In this document: in pieces, positions 1-9,518 of the stretch
Layout of the letters: every line of letters starts with the position of its first letter
How positions within the stretch are numbered: position 1 is the stretch's first letter
From: Dehalococcoidia bacterium
Lineage (GTDB): Bacteria > Chloroflexota > Dehalococcoidia > Lucifugimonadales > UBA3495
DNA: 64,000 nt
Direction: 5' to 3'
NCBI GenBank assembly: GCA_965197565.1
Contig: CBDANK010000002.1
Coordinates: 655,095-719,094, forward strand
The notes under the pieces: model-generated
What the model saw: only the letters and a program-made list of their open reading frames with translations
Databases searched by the model: none
Told to the model about the DNA's origin: nothing
Made by a program: the position numbers and the translations under genes

Positions 1-256
1 AGAGCATTCACTACCGTCTCGCACGGCCTGATTATACGTTTGCCGAGACGCTTCTGTCAGAGTTCAGGTCGAAGGGCGTCACTGTCCTTCAAGTGTTCGG
101 GGATATGCAGCAGTGGATTGTTTCGCTCAAGTCAAACTGACACACTGTACCCATAGCAGGGCTAAAATCCGATATTATTCCCATTTATAAGGACCACCTA
201 CCCCTATGTCAACCTTGGCGGTTGGAACGCGCACTTAGCAGGTTCAAGACCGCCTA

Positions 257-649
257 ATGGAGGCGCAGATGCCCACCTATACCTATGACCACATTCACCT
301 GCGAAGCCGCAACCCTGTGGAAACCGCTCGATACTTCAATAAGATGTTCGACGCCGAAATCCTTGAGTCGGTCCAGTCCGACGGCCAGCCGAGGGTGGAT
401 GTGGACATCAACGGCCTCACCATCTATATCGCCCGCGCCGATGAGAATGCGCCTCCCGGACCGGTCGATCCCCATTTGGGATTGGACCACTTCGGGCTAA
501 AGGTGGACAACATGGATGCGGCGGTCGCCCAGCTAAAGGAGCGGGGGGCGGAGTTCTCCTCCGAGCCTCGCGACCTGCGCCCCGGGCTGAGGATCGCATT
601 CGTTCGCACCCCGGACGATGTCCGCATCGAGTTGCTGGAATGGACCTGA
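257..649 (+). CDS. VOC (glyoxalase/bleomycin-resistance/dioxygenase) family protein
   Basis: 130-aa ORF. 'YDHIHLRSRNP' and 'LDHFGLKVDN' are typical paired beta-alpha-beta-beta-beta metal-ligand modules of the VOC fold. Confidence 0.7.
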   Translation: MEAQMPTYTYDHIHLRSRNPVETARYFNKMFDAEILESVQSDGQPRVDVDINGLTIYIARADENAPPGPVDPHLGLDHFGLKVDNMDAAVAQLKERGAEFSSEPRDLRPGLRIAFVRTPDDVRIELLEWT

Positions 650-681
650 CCCCCGGAAATCGCGTTCCTTGTTAGTTCCCC

Positions 682-873
682 CAGGGTCTTTTAGTTTTCA
701 TATTGGAGTGGTGCAGTAACCCCCTGTAACGTCATTCTGAGGAGCCCTTCGACTTCGCTCAGGATAAACTCTGCGACGAAGAATCTAAAAGTCTTGATTG
801 GAGAATCGGCCTTGACTTGCAAGGGAGATTTTAGACCCTTCACTCCGTTCAGGGTGACAATTAAAAGACCCTG
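682..873. mobile_element. MITE-like element, D-type termini (CAGGGTCTTTTA...TTAAAAGACCCTG)
   Basis: Terminal inverted repeats, flanked by a perfect 10-bp direct duplication TTAGTTCCCC (672..681 and 874..883). The interior shares the 'gtcattctgag...gaagaatct' and 'agggtgacaatt' blocks with copies at 43.7, 57.1 and 59.3 kb. Confidence 0.7.
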
Positions 874-913
874 TTAGTTCCCCTAACTCGACTTGACACG
901 GTTATGCCGGTCT

Positions 914-1747
914 CTATGCAGTGCTCAAGCTGTAACTAGCTGAATCTTCGCTGACTCGCCGCTCATCTACCAGCTTTGCCAAGTGGGTGCCCACGTTCCT
1001 GGCTGCCGCCTTTCTGAGGTTCTTGCGCAGGTTGCGAGGGTAAACAACTCCCACGATCTCCTCCACCGTCCGGGCCCCTGCCTCCAGCGCCGCCACCACT
1101 TGGTCCTCTCGCCGCTGCCTGTGTTCGATATACCACTTGACCCGGTTTGTCGCATTGTGGACCACTTGACCGTGGCCGGGACAAATGAGGGCCGGGCGTT
1201 GACGGGCCAGCAGTTCCAGGGAGGTCATGTACTGCTTGAGATTGCGGACACTGGAAGATGAGTTCCCCAATATGGTGTCTCCACTGAAAACGACCCGGCC
1301 CGCCGCCAGATAGTAGGCTACGTGATCGTCTTCGTGGCCGGGGGTGAACAGTGCTCGAAGGGAGATTCCTCCTCCGGCGGGGACCGTCTCACGGGAGCGC
1401 AGCTTCACCACGGATCCCGGACCTAAACGCTGAGTTAGGAGCGGCGCCAGCTTGGGGTGGCAGAGAACCGGGCAGCCCATAACGTCCTGCAACCGGTCCA
1501 AGCCGCCTATGTGGTCGCCGTGGCCATGAGTTATCAGTATCGCCGAAATCCGCGGGCGGCCCAGCTCGGCGTGGTAATCCAGGATTTGCCGGGTCCAAGA
1601 GCGGTAGGGCTCTCCGGTATCGACCAGCACCATGTGATCATCGGGATCGCCCACAAAGTATATTTGGGTGCCTCCCGGGTGCATCGCCCCGAAAGTGCTC
1701 TGGTCTTCCTGGATGTGAGTGCTGTATATGTGCTGGGTTATCTTCAT
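914..1747 (-). CDS. MBL-fold metallo-hydrolase
   Basis: HGHGDH metal motif (ILITHGHGDHIGG) and later PGHEDDH. Start placed at MKITQHIY (cat at 1745..1747); the Arg-rich 27-aa upstream extension in the ORF track is unlikely to be translated. Confidence 0.8.
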   Translation of the reverse strand: MKITQHIYSTHIQEDQSTFGAMHPGGTQIYFVGDPDDHMVLVDTGEPYRSWTRQILDYHAELGRPRISAILITHGHGDHIGGLDRLQDVMGCPVLCHPKLAPLLTQRLGPGSVVKLRSRETVPAGGGISLRALFTPGHEDDHVAYYLAAGRVVFSGDTILGNSSSSVRNLKQYMTSLELLARQRPALICPGHGQVVHNATNRVKWYIEHRQRREDQVVAALEAGARTVEEIVGVVYPRNLRKNLRKAAARNVGTHLAKLVDERRVSEDSASYSLSTA

Positions 1748-1830
1748 ATCGGACCTCGGGCCGGCGTTTCTCCGGCCTGCGGGCACGGCTCCACCGCTTG
1801 TTTCCCGGCTTGAACGGCGTTCTACCACTT

Positions 1831-2061
1831 CGGTTAATGTAATTGTTCAGACTTAGGGGGGCATTCCGGCACTCCGAGCCTGTCACTCCGGCGAAGGCCG
1901 GAGTCCAGAAAGTCCTTGCTAGAGACTTTGCTGCGGATTCAAGGCCCTCAGCAACTAGGTTTTCCTGGGTCCCGGCCCCGTATCGGGGTACGGGGCAGGC
2001 TCTGCGCCGAGACGACGGGAACGAATTCACCTCATCAAGTCTGAACAGTTTCCGGTTAATG
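1831..2061. repeat. TIR-bounded intergenic element (cggttaatgtaattgttcagac ... gtctgaacagtttccggttaatg)
   Basis: ~20-bp inverted termini. The internal hairpin gtcactccggcgaaggccggagt recurs at 38975..39003 and in related form at 9480..9500. Confidence 0.45.
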
Positions 2062-2181
2062 CGATGGTAGATGCGGGTGGAATATCCGTCAATCCCCGGA
2101 GTCAGGCTGTGGTATGATGCGAAAATCCTGAAGGCGGCGCGTCGGCCCCGGCGGCGGAGGGCTGCGCGCTTGGTGCGGATT

Positions 2182-4506
2182 ATGATTAACCATCAAGACT
2201 TGAAACAAGCGTTGCCCAAAGTTGACGGCGCAGTCCAGGTTAACGGCTTGGAGGGCCCGGTCGAGGTCTACCGCGACAACCTCGGTATTCCTCACATACG
2301 CGCGTCCGGTGAGAGAGACGCTTTTTTCGCCCAAGGCTTCGTTACCGCCCAGGACCGCTTCTGGCACATGGAGTACGACCGGATGCGGGGCGCAGGCCGC
2401 TGGGCCGAGGTTGTGGGTGTGCCGGCCTTGGAGCAGGATAAACTGATGCGGCGTTTTCGCTTGGAGGCTTCGGCGCGGGCGGACTACCAGGCGGTCGAAG
2501 ACCATACCCGGATGATGCTGGACGCTTACGCCGCCGGTGTGAATGCCTTCGTCGACAGTACCTCAAGCCTTCCCGTGGAGTACCGTATCACCGGGCTGCA
2601 ACCGGAGCCCTGGCAACCCTGGGACGGGCTGCTGGTTTACAAGGTCCGCCACATTTTTATGGGAGTGTTCGAGTCCAAGCTATGGCGGGCCCGTATGGTC
2701 AGCAAGCTGGGGCCGGAACAGGCGGCCAAGCTGTTTCCGGGGTACCAACCGGGACAGTTGCTGATCTTGCCTCCGGGAGAGATATATTCCGGGCCTTTGG
2801 AAGATGGGTTGGAGGAGCTTAGCCGGGGCGCCGCCGCCCTGAACTATTTGAACGAAAATGACAGCGGCAGCAATAGCTGGACCATTTCCGGTCGGCGGAC
2901 GGCCTCCGGGAAACCGCTCTTAGCCGGGGACTCTCACCGGGGCTTGGACACCCCCAACGTGTACTACCAGAACCACCTGGCCTGCCCCGAGTTCGACGTG
3001 ACCGGCTTGTCCTTCCCCGGCTTGCCGGGGTTTCCTCATTTTGGCCACAACGACTGGGTCGCTTGGTGCGTCACGCATACGGCCGCCGACTATCAGGACC
3101 TGTACATCGAGCGGTTCAAGGCCGAAGACCCTAAGTATTACCTCTACCAGGGGCAGTGGCGCAGGGCCGAAGCGCACCATGAAACCATCAAAGTAAAGGA
3201 CAGCGAAGACGTCGATATAGATGTCTGGGTCACTCATCACGGCCCCTTGATTTCAGGCAGCCCCCAGGAGGGGAGCGGTGTGGCTTTCAAGTACACCGCT
3301 ACCGAAGGCCCTTCAAGTTGGCCCGACATCCTTTGGCAGATGCTCAGGGCCAAAGACGCTGACGAACTGGCCGAGTCCATGCGAGATTGGGTGGACCCTT
3401 GCAATAACTTCTTGATAGCCGATGTGCACGGCAATAGCGGTTATTTGTGCCGGGGGCGGATTCCCATAAGGTCGATGGCCAATGCTTGGCTGCCGGTCCC
3501 AGGTTGGACTGGAGAGCACGAGTGGCAGGGGCAGATTCCTTTCGACGAGTTGCCGCGTTCACTGAACCCCGAGGCGGGCTATTTGGCTACTGCCAACAAC
3601 CGGCCGGTGGGAGACGACTACCCCTATTACATCGCCGTCGATTTCACCCCTGAGTTCCGGGCCAAATCAGTAACCGAGGGCCTGCTGTCTCTGGACCGGC
3701 CCCAGGCTTCCGACATGGCCAAGGTCCACGCCCAGAGGGTGTCCATCCCGGCTTTGACCTACATCGAGTTGCTCCGGAGGGTTGATCCGTTGGACGACGT
3801 GTCGGCCCAAGCCAGGGAAAAGATGCTGGGCTGGTCAGGGTCGATGGACGCAGGACGGGTGGAGCCCGCCATTTACAGCGTGTGCCGGGATGCGCTGCTC
3901 AAAGACGTTATGCAACACAACCTGGGGACTGAGTTGGTCCAGGAAGCATGGAACCCTGCCGACCGAGCCCTGGGGTCTTTCGGAAACCGCCTCAAAGCCC
4001 GGATAGTTGCTATGATTTCCGAAGACGACCGCAGCCTACTCCCCCAAGGAGAGGACTGGCCTTCCATGCTGGCCCGCGCCCTGAGTAAAGGCGCGGCCGA
4101 CTTGCGAAGCCGCTTGGGAGACGACCTGGAAGACTGGCGTTGGGAGCGAATACACCAAGCCCGTCCTCGCCACACCCTGTCCTTGGCCTACCCTGAACTG
4201 TCGGGAATATTGGACCCGCCGGCCATACCGACCAGCGGCGACGGCGACACACCCTTGGCCGGCGGTTACTCCCCGGCGGACCCGGCGACCACCACCAGCC
4301 AGTCGGTGGTCCGCTATGTTTACGACCTTGCTGATTGGGACAACTCGTTATGGGTCGTCCCCTTGGGCAGTTCCGGCCATCCGGGGAGCAAACACTATCA
4401 CGACCAGTCGGAGACTTGGCGGCAGGTGAAGATGCTCCCGATGTTCTACTCCTGGGACCGGATCATCGACGAAAGCTCCGCCCGGCAACGGCTGGAACCG
4501 GCTTGA
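2182..4506 (+). CDS. penicillin acylase family protein (Ntn hydrolase)
   Basis: Long ORF with the self-processing nucleophile context DSGSNSWTISG, plus GIPHIRA and FAQGFVTAQDRFWHMEY, all typical of penicillin/AHL acylases. ATG at 2182 chosen over the Arg-rich upstream extension. Confidence 0.85.
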   Translation: MINHQDLKQALPKVDGAVQVNGLEGPVEVYRDNLGIPHIRASGERDAFFAQGFVTAQDRFWHMEYDRMRGAGRWAEVVGVPALEQDKLMRRFRLEASARADYQAVEDHTRMMLDAYAAGVNAFVDSTSSLPVEYRITGLQPEPWQPWDGLLVYKVRHIFMGVFESKLWRARMVSKLGPEQAAKLFPGYQPGQLLILPPGEIYSGPLEDGLEELSRGAAALNYLNENDSGSNSWTISGRRTASGKPLLAGDSHRGLDTPNVYYQNHLACPEFDVTGLSFPGLPGFPHFGHNDWVAWCVTHTAADYQDLYIERFKAEDPKYYLYQGQWRRAEAHHETIKVKDSEDVDIDVWVTHHGPLISGSPQEGSGVAFKYTATEGPSSWPDILWQMLRAKDADELAESMRDWVDPCNNFLIADVHGNSGYLCRGRIPIRSMANAWLPVPGWTGEHEWQGQIPFDELPRSLNPEAGYLATANNRPVGDDYPYYIAVDFTPEFRAKSVTEGLLSLDRPQASDMAKVHAQRVSIPALTYIELLRRVDPLDDVSAQAREKMLGWSGSMDAGRVEPAIYSVCRDALLKDVMQHNLGTELVQEAWNPADRALGSFGNRLKARIVAMISEDDRSLLPQGEDWPSMLARALSKGAADLRSRLGDDLEDWRWERIHQARPRHTLSLAYPELSGILDPPAIPTSGDGDTPLAGGYSPADPATTTSQSVVRYVYDLADWDNSLWVVPLGSSGHPGSKHYHDQSETWRQVKMLPMFYSWDRIIDESSARQRLEPA

Positions 4507-4608
4507 TCCCATACTGACCCTAGCACCAATCCCGAGCCCAACTTCTCACGGCGGGTGCTTCGATTGGGCTCGGGACAGGCTCCGTACATCAGGCCCGTGG
4601 GCGGTCAT

Positions 4609-4869
4609 TCATGGGACCGCCAGGGTTTCTTGCCGCGACCGCCGCACGAAGCGTTGCAGGGCGATGGCAGACCACAAGGCCTCAATTACGGTGATGGGAT
4701 AGACTTCCTCCAGTGCGCTATAGGCTGCGGTCAGGGCGCACCCCCCGGCGAAGGCCAACACCATCCATTTGGACCGGGCCTCCAACCAGTAGGAGAGCAG
4801 CATTATGGCCACCGCAACGGAGCCGAATAGAGTGAGCATAACGACCTCCCGGTCCCAAGCGGCTGCCAT
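4609..4869 (-). CDS. small membrane protein, function unknown
   Basis: 86-aa ORF with 2-3 hydrophobic helices. The start could also be MLTLFG at 4839. Confidence 0.4.
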   Translation of the reverse strand: MAAAWDREVVMLTLFGSVAVAIMLLSYWLEARSKWMVLAFAGGCALTAAYSALEEVYPITVIEALWSAIALQRFVRRSRQETLAVP

Positions 4870-4895
4870 CGAGCCGGGTGAAGTTCATTCTCTTA

Positions 4896-5369
4896 TCAAG
4901 CACCGGTCAAGTACCGGCCCAGCAGGTCCAATGCCTCTTGAGCCGCAACCCGCTTGGTGGCGTCCCGGTCGCCGTCGGCATGGACCTCGATTGCTTGGTC
5001 ATTTCCGTCCTTCACCGACAGGCCGATGAAAAAGGTGCCGATGGGGGCGGGGCCGCTACCCGGAGCGGGACCGGTTACTCCGGTGACGGAGACGGCGAAG
5101 TCGGTGTCAGTCAGCTCGCGGACCCCTTTGGCCATAGCGATGGCCATCTCCTCACTGACGCTGCCATAGGTTCCGTACAGCTCATCCGGCACGCCGAGTA
5201 TGCTCTCCTTCAGGCCACCGGCGTAAGCAATTACTCCACCGGGGAAATACCGGGAGGCTCCGGGCACCGTGCCCAGGAGATAACCCACCAGTCCGCAAGT
5301 ATCGGCCTCGGCCACCGAAACCGTCTTTCCCTGTGCCACCAGTATTTCAGCCAACTCAGTTACTTCCAT
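4896..5369 (-). CDS. CinA-family protein (nicotinamide-nucleotide amidohydrolase PncC-like domain)
   Basis: 157 aa; VAEADTCGLVGYLL...GGVIAYAGGLKESILGV...GSVSEEMAIAMAKG...SVTGVTGP matches the CinA C-terminal domain pattern. Confidence 0.8.
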   Translation of the reverse strand: MEVTELAEILVAQGKTVSVAEADTCGLVGYLLGTVPGASRYFPGGVIAYAGGLKESILGVPDELYGTYGSVSEEMAIAMAKGVRELTDTDFAVSVTGVTGPAPGSGPAPIGTFFIGLSVKDGNDQAIEVHADGDRDATKRVAAQEALDLLGRYLTGA

Positions 5370-5387
5370 AGCTTACCTCCTTCTCGT

Positions 5388-5501
5388 CCGTCTGAACTGT
5401 GATTTCTTTGATTCCGGGATTTACCGGATAGGGAAATCAGGCGAATCCCTTAATCCTACGGATCCCGGTTCAGACAATTGCGTCAAGAACCGGAAGACCC
5501 C
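5388..5501. repeat. intergenic repeat family E, copy 1
   Basis: ~85-90% identical by eye to 38822..38935 (tctgaact.tgatttct.tgattccgggatttac...atcccggttcagacaattgcg.caagaaccg). Has an internal inverted repeat tctgaac/gttcaga. Confidence 0.6.
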
Positions 5502-5528
5502 ACCTTTTGGCGGGTGGGAATAGGAAAA

Positions 5529-6314
5529 TCACGGCTTCTCCAAGAGTAGGAAAAACTCCCGGTTTCCGGCATCTCCCAAGATTGGCGAGGCGCAAAGATC
5601 ACGCAACCGCAGCCCGTGGCCGACGACCCAAGCGATGCTCCGGCCTAGGACCCGGGCGTGAACTTGAGGGTCTTTGATTACTCCGCCCCGGCCCACTTCT
5701 TCTTTCCGGGCTTCGAACTGGGGTTTCACCAAGGCTACCAAGCAACGTCCGCTTTTCAAGTGCTCCAGCGCCGAGGGTATGACCATGCTTAGCGAAATGA
5801 AAGAAACATCCAGGGTAACTAGGTCTACGGTTTCCTCCAGCCCAAAGGGGTAACGAGCGTTGCGCTTCTCCATGACCACTACCCGCTGGTCCCGGCGCAG
5901 ACGGTAGTCCAACTGTCCGTGCCCCACATCCAGAGCGTAGACCCGCCGGGCGCCTCGCTGCAACAAGCAATCAGTAAATCCGCCGGTGGAAGCGCCGACA
6001 TCCAGGACCGTCAACTCCCGCACCGGCAGACCGAAACGGTCCAGGGCATGGGCCAACTTCAGACCGCCCCGGCCGACATAGGCCAAGCCTCCCCGCACCT
6101 CCAAGGGCGTGGTTTCGGGAAGTTGGGAACCGGGCTTATCGACGCGGCCCGACGGAGCGAAAACCAGCCCCTCCATGATCAGCAGCGAGGCCCGCTCCCG
6201 AGTTTCGGCCAAGCCCTTATCCAGCAAAAGAAGATCGGCCCGTTTCTTCCCAACCCGCCGGGACGACGCGGTCTTGGCGGCCCTCGGCCCTCGTTGTGAA
6301 TGCTCAGAACGCAT
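5529..6314 (-). CDS. tlyA: TlyA-family rRNA (cytidine-2'-O)-methyltransferase
   Basis: S4-like N-terminus (RADLLLLDKGLAETRERA), YVGRGGLKL, and the SAM motif LDVGASTGGFTDCLLQRGA. Confidence 0.85.
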   Translation of the reverse strand: MRSEHSQRGPRAAKTASSRRVGKKRADLLLLDKGLAETRERASLLIMEGLVFAPSGRVDKPGSQLPETTPLEVRGGLAYVGRGGLKLAHALDRFGLPVRELTVLDVGASTGGFTDCLLQRGARRVYALDVGHGQLDYRLRRDQRVVVMEKRNARYPFGLEETVDLVTLDVSFISLSMVIPSALEHLKSGRCLVALVKPQFEARKEEVGRGGVIKDPQVHARVLGRSIAWVVGHGLRLRDLCASPILGDAGNREFFLLLEKP

Positions 6315-6369
6315 TTAAGGCGGATGCATCTTTGGTTGGGTTCACGCCGTGGTCAGCCCAGGGCCGGAG

Positions 6370-7158
6370 CTACTCGCCGATGAAACGGGGCCGGCGTTTT
6401 TCGAGGAAGGCGGTGTATCCTTCCTGGTAGTCCCTTGTATCAAACTGGGCCAGAGGAAGAGCGGCCTCCTCTGGAGTGAGGTCTCCAAGAGAGGGCTTGT
6501 CCAAGACCTGGTTGAGTGTGATTTTATTGACCGAATGGGAGAGAGGGGCCAGCGAGCCTATCTCTTCGGCCAGACGGTAGGTGTAAGTCTCAAGCTCTTC
6601 CTTGGGGACTAGCTGGTTGATCAAGCCCATGCGCAGGGCTTCTTGGTCTTCTATCAATCGTCCGGAGAGCAGAATATACAAAGCGTTGCCTTTTCCCACC
6701 AGATTGACCAAGTCACGCATTTCCAAGTGGCCGGCGCTTATCCCCAGCCGCGCCACCGGAATTCCGAAGCGGCTGCCCTCGGCAGCGATGCGCAGGTCGG
6801 TGGCTAAGGCCAATTCGCAGCCTCCGCCCACCGCGTAGCCATGGATCATGGATATAGTGGGCGTACCCATGCCGTGCAGCGTGGCCAGCAGCCCGTTGAT
6901 CCCCTCGTTGTACACACTCCCCTCTTCGACACCGAACCTGTGGTCTTGGAAATCCCGAATGTCCGCACCGGCAGAGAATGCTTTATCTCCTGCTCCGGTA
7001 ATTATTACAGCGCGTATATCGCGGTCCGCTTCCAGCTCGGCCAGCATCAGGTCCAGCTCTCTCCACATGTCGAAGCTAATCACATTGCGACGGTCCGGCT
7101 GATTGATGGTAACCGTAGCCAGGGGTAGCTGGCGATTGAGTAGGACCCGATCAGACAT
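6370..7158 (-). CDS. enoyl-CoA hydratase/isomerase (crotonase) family protein
   Basis: 262 aa; oxyanion-hole segments ITGAGDKAFSAGADI and GYAVGGGCELALATD. Confidence 0.85.
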   Translation of the reverse strand: MSDRVLLNRQLPLATVTINQPDRRNVISFDMWRELDLMLAELEADRDIRAVIITGAGDKAFSAGADIRDFQDHRFGVEEGSVYNEGINGLLATLHGMGTPTISMIHGYAVGGGCELALATDLRIAAEGSRFGIPVARLGISAGHLEMRDLVNLVGKGNALYILLSGRLIEDQEALRMGLINQLVPKEELETYTYRLAEEIGSLAPLSHSVNKITLNQVLDKPSLGDLTPEEAALPLAQFDTRDYQEGYTAFLEKRRPRFIGE

Positions 7159-7252
7159 AGCTCTAACCCATCAAGTCAGGTTTAGGGAGGAGGTTGGAGA
7201 CCAAGGCAGTATACCGTGGAAGCAACGGCGCGTCATCAGCCATTGTTTAATG

Positions 7253-7611
7253 AGACCTTTGCATAACCCCCAACCATGTCATTCCGAACGCAGCGAAGCC
7301 CTTCGGCTGCACTCAGGATAAACTCCGTGAGGAATCTCAAACCTATGTCAGCAAGCACTGGGTCTGTAGCTGGACCGACGCGACGACTCTGGCCCAACGT
7401 CTTAGGGGCTGTTGACACTACCAATTTTCTATATAGGGATTGGTAGTCCAGCCTCCCACAAAGGGCGCCTCTACAACCGGCGTGCTACGGGATTTCGTAG
7501 GGGCAACCCTTGTGGTTGCCCGGTCCTCAGCTATTAGTGTCAACAGGCCTTAGATTCCTCCCTTCGGTCGGAATGACAAGTTGAGCGACCAGTTACGCAA
7601 AGGTCTCTTTA
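7253..7611. repeat. MITE-like element family A, copy 1 (carries a nested B element)
   Basis: Termini gagacctttgcataac / gttacgcaaaggtctc. The body is collinear with 23321..23600 and with the reverse complement of 35241..35451. Flanked by tttaa(t) / tttaa(c). Confidence 0.65.
7405..7550. mobile_element. 146-bp MITE family B, copy 1, inserted at a TA inside element A
   Basis: TIR ggggctgttgacacta / tagtgtcaacaggcct, with TA on both sides (7403..7404, 7551..7552). The uninterrupted site cgtctTAgattcc is seen in copy A2 at ~23528..23540. Confidence 0.75.
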
Positions 7612-7754
7612 ACGGCTGGGTCTTTGGGTTGTCACCCCCTGTTCAAGTCAGAGAATGAAAAGGCCCTGTTGTGTGCCCCTTCGACCGTTTACAGTTGTGG
7701 GCCCATGTGATAGTTTTGCCAAGGTCTCCAATCCCGAACACAGGAGAAGGCGCC

Positions 7755-8708
7755 GTGGCAACCATAGAGGCAATTCGTTGCGAGAACCTGACCAAGCGGT
7801 TCGGCGGGGTCACTGCGGTGGAAGGCCTCAGCCTGGCGGTGGAAGAGGGCGCCTCCTTCGGCTTCCTGGGCCCCAACGGGGCGGGAAAGAGCACCACCCT
7901 TCGGCTGTTCACCGGCCTGACCAACCCCTCAGAGGGGCGCATGTGGGTGGGCGGCGAAGACGTATCGGGCCTCTCCCTAGAGTTGCGGGCACAGATAGGC
8001 TATCTGCCTCAGACCCCCGCCTTCTACGGCTGGATGACGGGCCGGGAGTTCCTCCGGTTCACCGGCGACTTGTACGGCATGACAAGACAAGAGTGCCGCG
8101 CCCGCGCCGATGAGTTGCTGCGGGATGTGAACCTGCTGGATGCCGGCGACCGTAAGGTGGGGGGGTACTCGGGGGGGATGAAGCAACGGCTGGGGCTGGC
8201 TCAAGCACTGGTGCATCACCCCAGGGTATTGTTCCTGGACGAGCCGGCCTCAGCACTGGACCCAATAGGGCGGCGCGACATGCTGGAGACCATCAACGCA
8301 CTGCGTGGCCGCACTACGGTGTTCATGTCCAGCCACATCCTGGGCGACATCGAGCGGGTTTGCGACAGAGTGGCCATAATAAACCGGGGCAAGCTGGTAA
8401 TCTCCGGCGCCATCGACGACCTGCGGGTGAGACAGGGTCACTCCGTGTTCTTGGTGCAGGTGGAGGAGGAGCCGCAGGAACTGGTCAGCCGTCTATCGGG
8501 CCTGCCATGGATAGAATCGGTGAAATCCGAGGCGGGAGAAGGCTGGCATGTTCTGCGTGTTGAGGCGGCCCAGTTCGACGCGGCCAAGAGAGAACTGCCC
8601 AAGCTGGTCTATGAGAGCGGTCTTACCATGCTGAAGTATGAGCTGATGTCGGCCAGCTTGGAAGACGTCTTTATAGACTTGGTGGGGCCGGGGAGTTCAG
8701 CCCAATGA
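7755..8708 (+). CDS. ABC transporter ATP-binding protein
   Basis: Walker A GPNGAGKST, signature YSGGMKQRL, Walker B VLFLDEP. GTG start at 7755 sits behind AGGAGAAGG. Confidence 0.85.
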   Translation: MATIEAIRCENLTKRFGGVTAVEGLSLAVEEGASFGFLGPNGAGKSTTLRLFTGLTNPSEGRMWVGGEDVSGLSLELRAQIGYLPQTPAFYGWMTGREFLRFTGDLYGMTRQECRARADELLRDVNLLDAGDRKVGGYSGGMKQRLGLAQALVHHPRVLFLDEPASALDPIGRRDMLETINALRGRTTVFMSSHILGDIERVCDRVAIINRGKLVISGAIDDLRVRQGHSVFLVQVEEEPQELVSRLSGLPWIESVKSEAGEGWHVLRVEAAQFDAAKRELPKLVYESGLTMLKYELMSASLEDVFIDLVGPGSSAQ

Positions 8709-9454
8709 GAGGATTCGCCGCCCTGGCTCGCAAGGAGTTTCTGGAGCAACGCCGCACCTGGAAGTTCGTGGGCACTACGGGAGTGCTCACCGCCGTAGCG
8801 TTGATGGCTGTCCTTATCCCCTCGATCATCAGTTTGGCAAAGGGGGACGAGCGCACGGCTGAATATGCTAGGGACTTGCTTCAAGCCTATGGCGCCACCG
8901 TCGTCACGTTGGGTGGTCTGATAGCCATCATAGTGTCGATGGGTCTGCTAGCCAACGAGAGACGCAGCGGCACCGCCGGCATGACCCTGACCAAGCCGGT
9001 GACCCGGGCTTCCTTTGTTGCAACGAAGCATGTCGGCCTAGTGCTTATGCTGGTTGCATCGGTGTTCCTGGCTTCTTTGGTAGCTTACCTGCTGGCGTTA
9101 ATCTTCTTAGGCGACGTTGGTTTCCTGAGATACCTAATCACCATGATGACACTGGGAATCTGGTTGGCCTTGACCGGTTCCATCAGCCTGTTCTGTAGCG
9201 GGTTGTTCGGCCGGCAAATGGCGGCGGCTGGCGTAGCCCTGCTCCTTTTTATTGCCCTGATATCCATGAGCTTAATCCCGCACGTCCAACCGTATTGGCC
9301 CTCCAACCTGGTTTCCTGGGGCGAGTCCTTCTTTGTTTCCGATGGCGCAGCTAGCGGCGCCAGAGATTGGTGGCCAACCCTGCCGATCAGCCTGGCGGCC
9401 ATAGCGGCGCTGGGCGTCGGCGCTTGGGCAGTGTTCCAAAGGAAAGAGCTCTAA
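8705..9454 (+). CDS. ABC-2 type transporter permease
   Basis: 249 aa with ~6 hydrophobic helices. ATGA start/stop overlap with the upstream ATPase gene. Confidence 0.6.
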   Translation: MRGFAALARKEFLEQRRTWKFVGTTGVLTAVALMAVLIPSIISLAKGDERTAEYARDLLQAYGATVVTLGGLIAIIVSMGLLANERRSGTAGMTLTKPVTRASFVATKHVGLVLMLVASVFLASLVAYLLALIFLGDVGFLRYLITMMTLGIWLALTGSISLFCSGLFGRQMAAAGVALLLFIALISMSLIPHVQPYWPSNLVSWGESFFVSDGAASGARDWWPTLPISLAAIAALGVGAWAVFQRKEL

Positions 9455-9518
9455 GCGGCGGACTCCTACCGCCATCACCCCGGCGAAAGCGGGGGAGTCA
9501 AACAGAGGACGGCGGAAG

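Noticed and set aside
2071-2181. N-terminal extension of the penicillin-acylase-family ORF (MRVEYPSIPGVRLWYDAKILKAARRPRRRRAARLVRI)
   Set aside because: The poly-Arg stretch is unlike a signal peptide and partly overlaps the terminal repeat of the element at 1831..2061. The ATG at 2182 is the more plausible start.
7236-7424. Short ORFs translating the repeat elements (also 23237..23557, 23356..23607, 35273..35491, 35304..35507, 31534..31902, 56950..57393)
   Set aside because: The similar peptides (…SFRTQRSPSAALRI.SVRNLKPMSAS…) arise because the same MITE-like DNA is translated. Copies occur in both orientations and contain nested insertions, so they are not protein genes.
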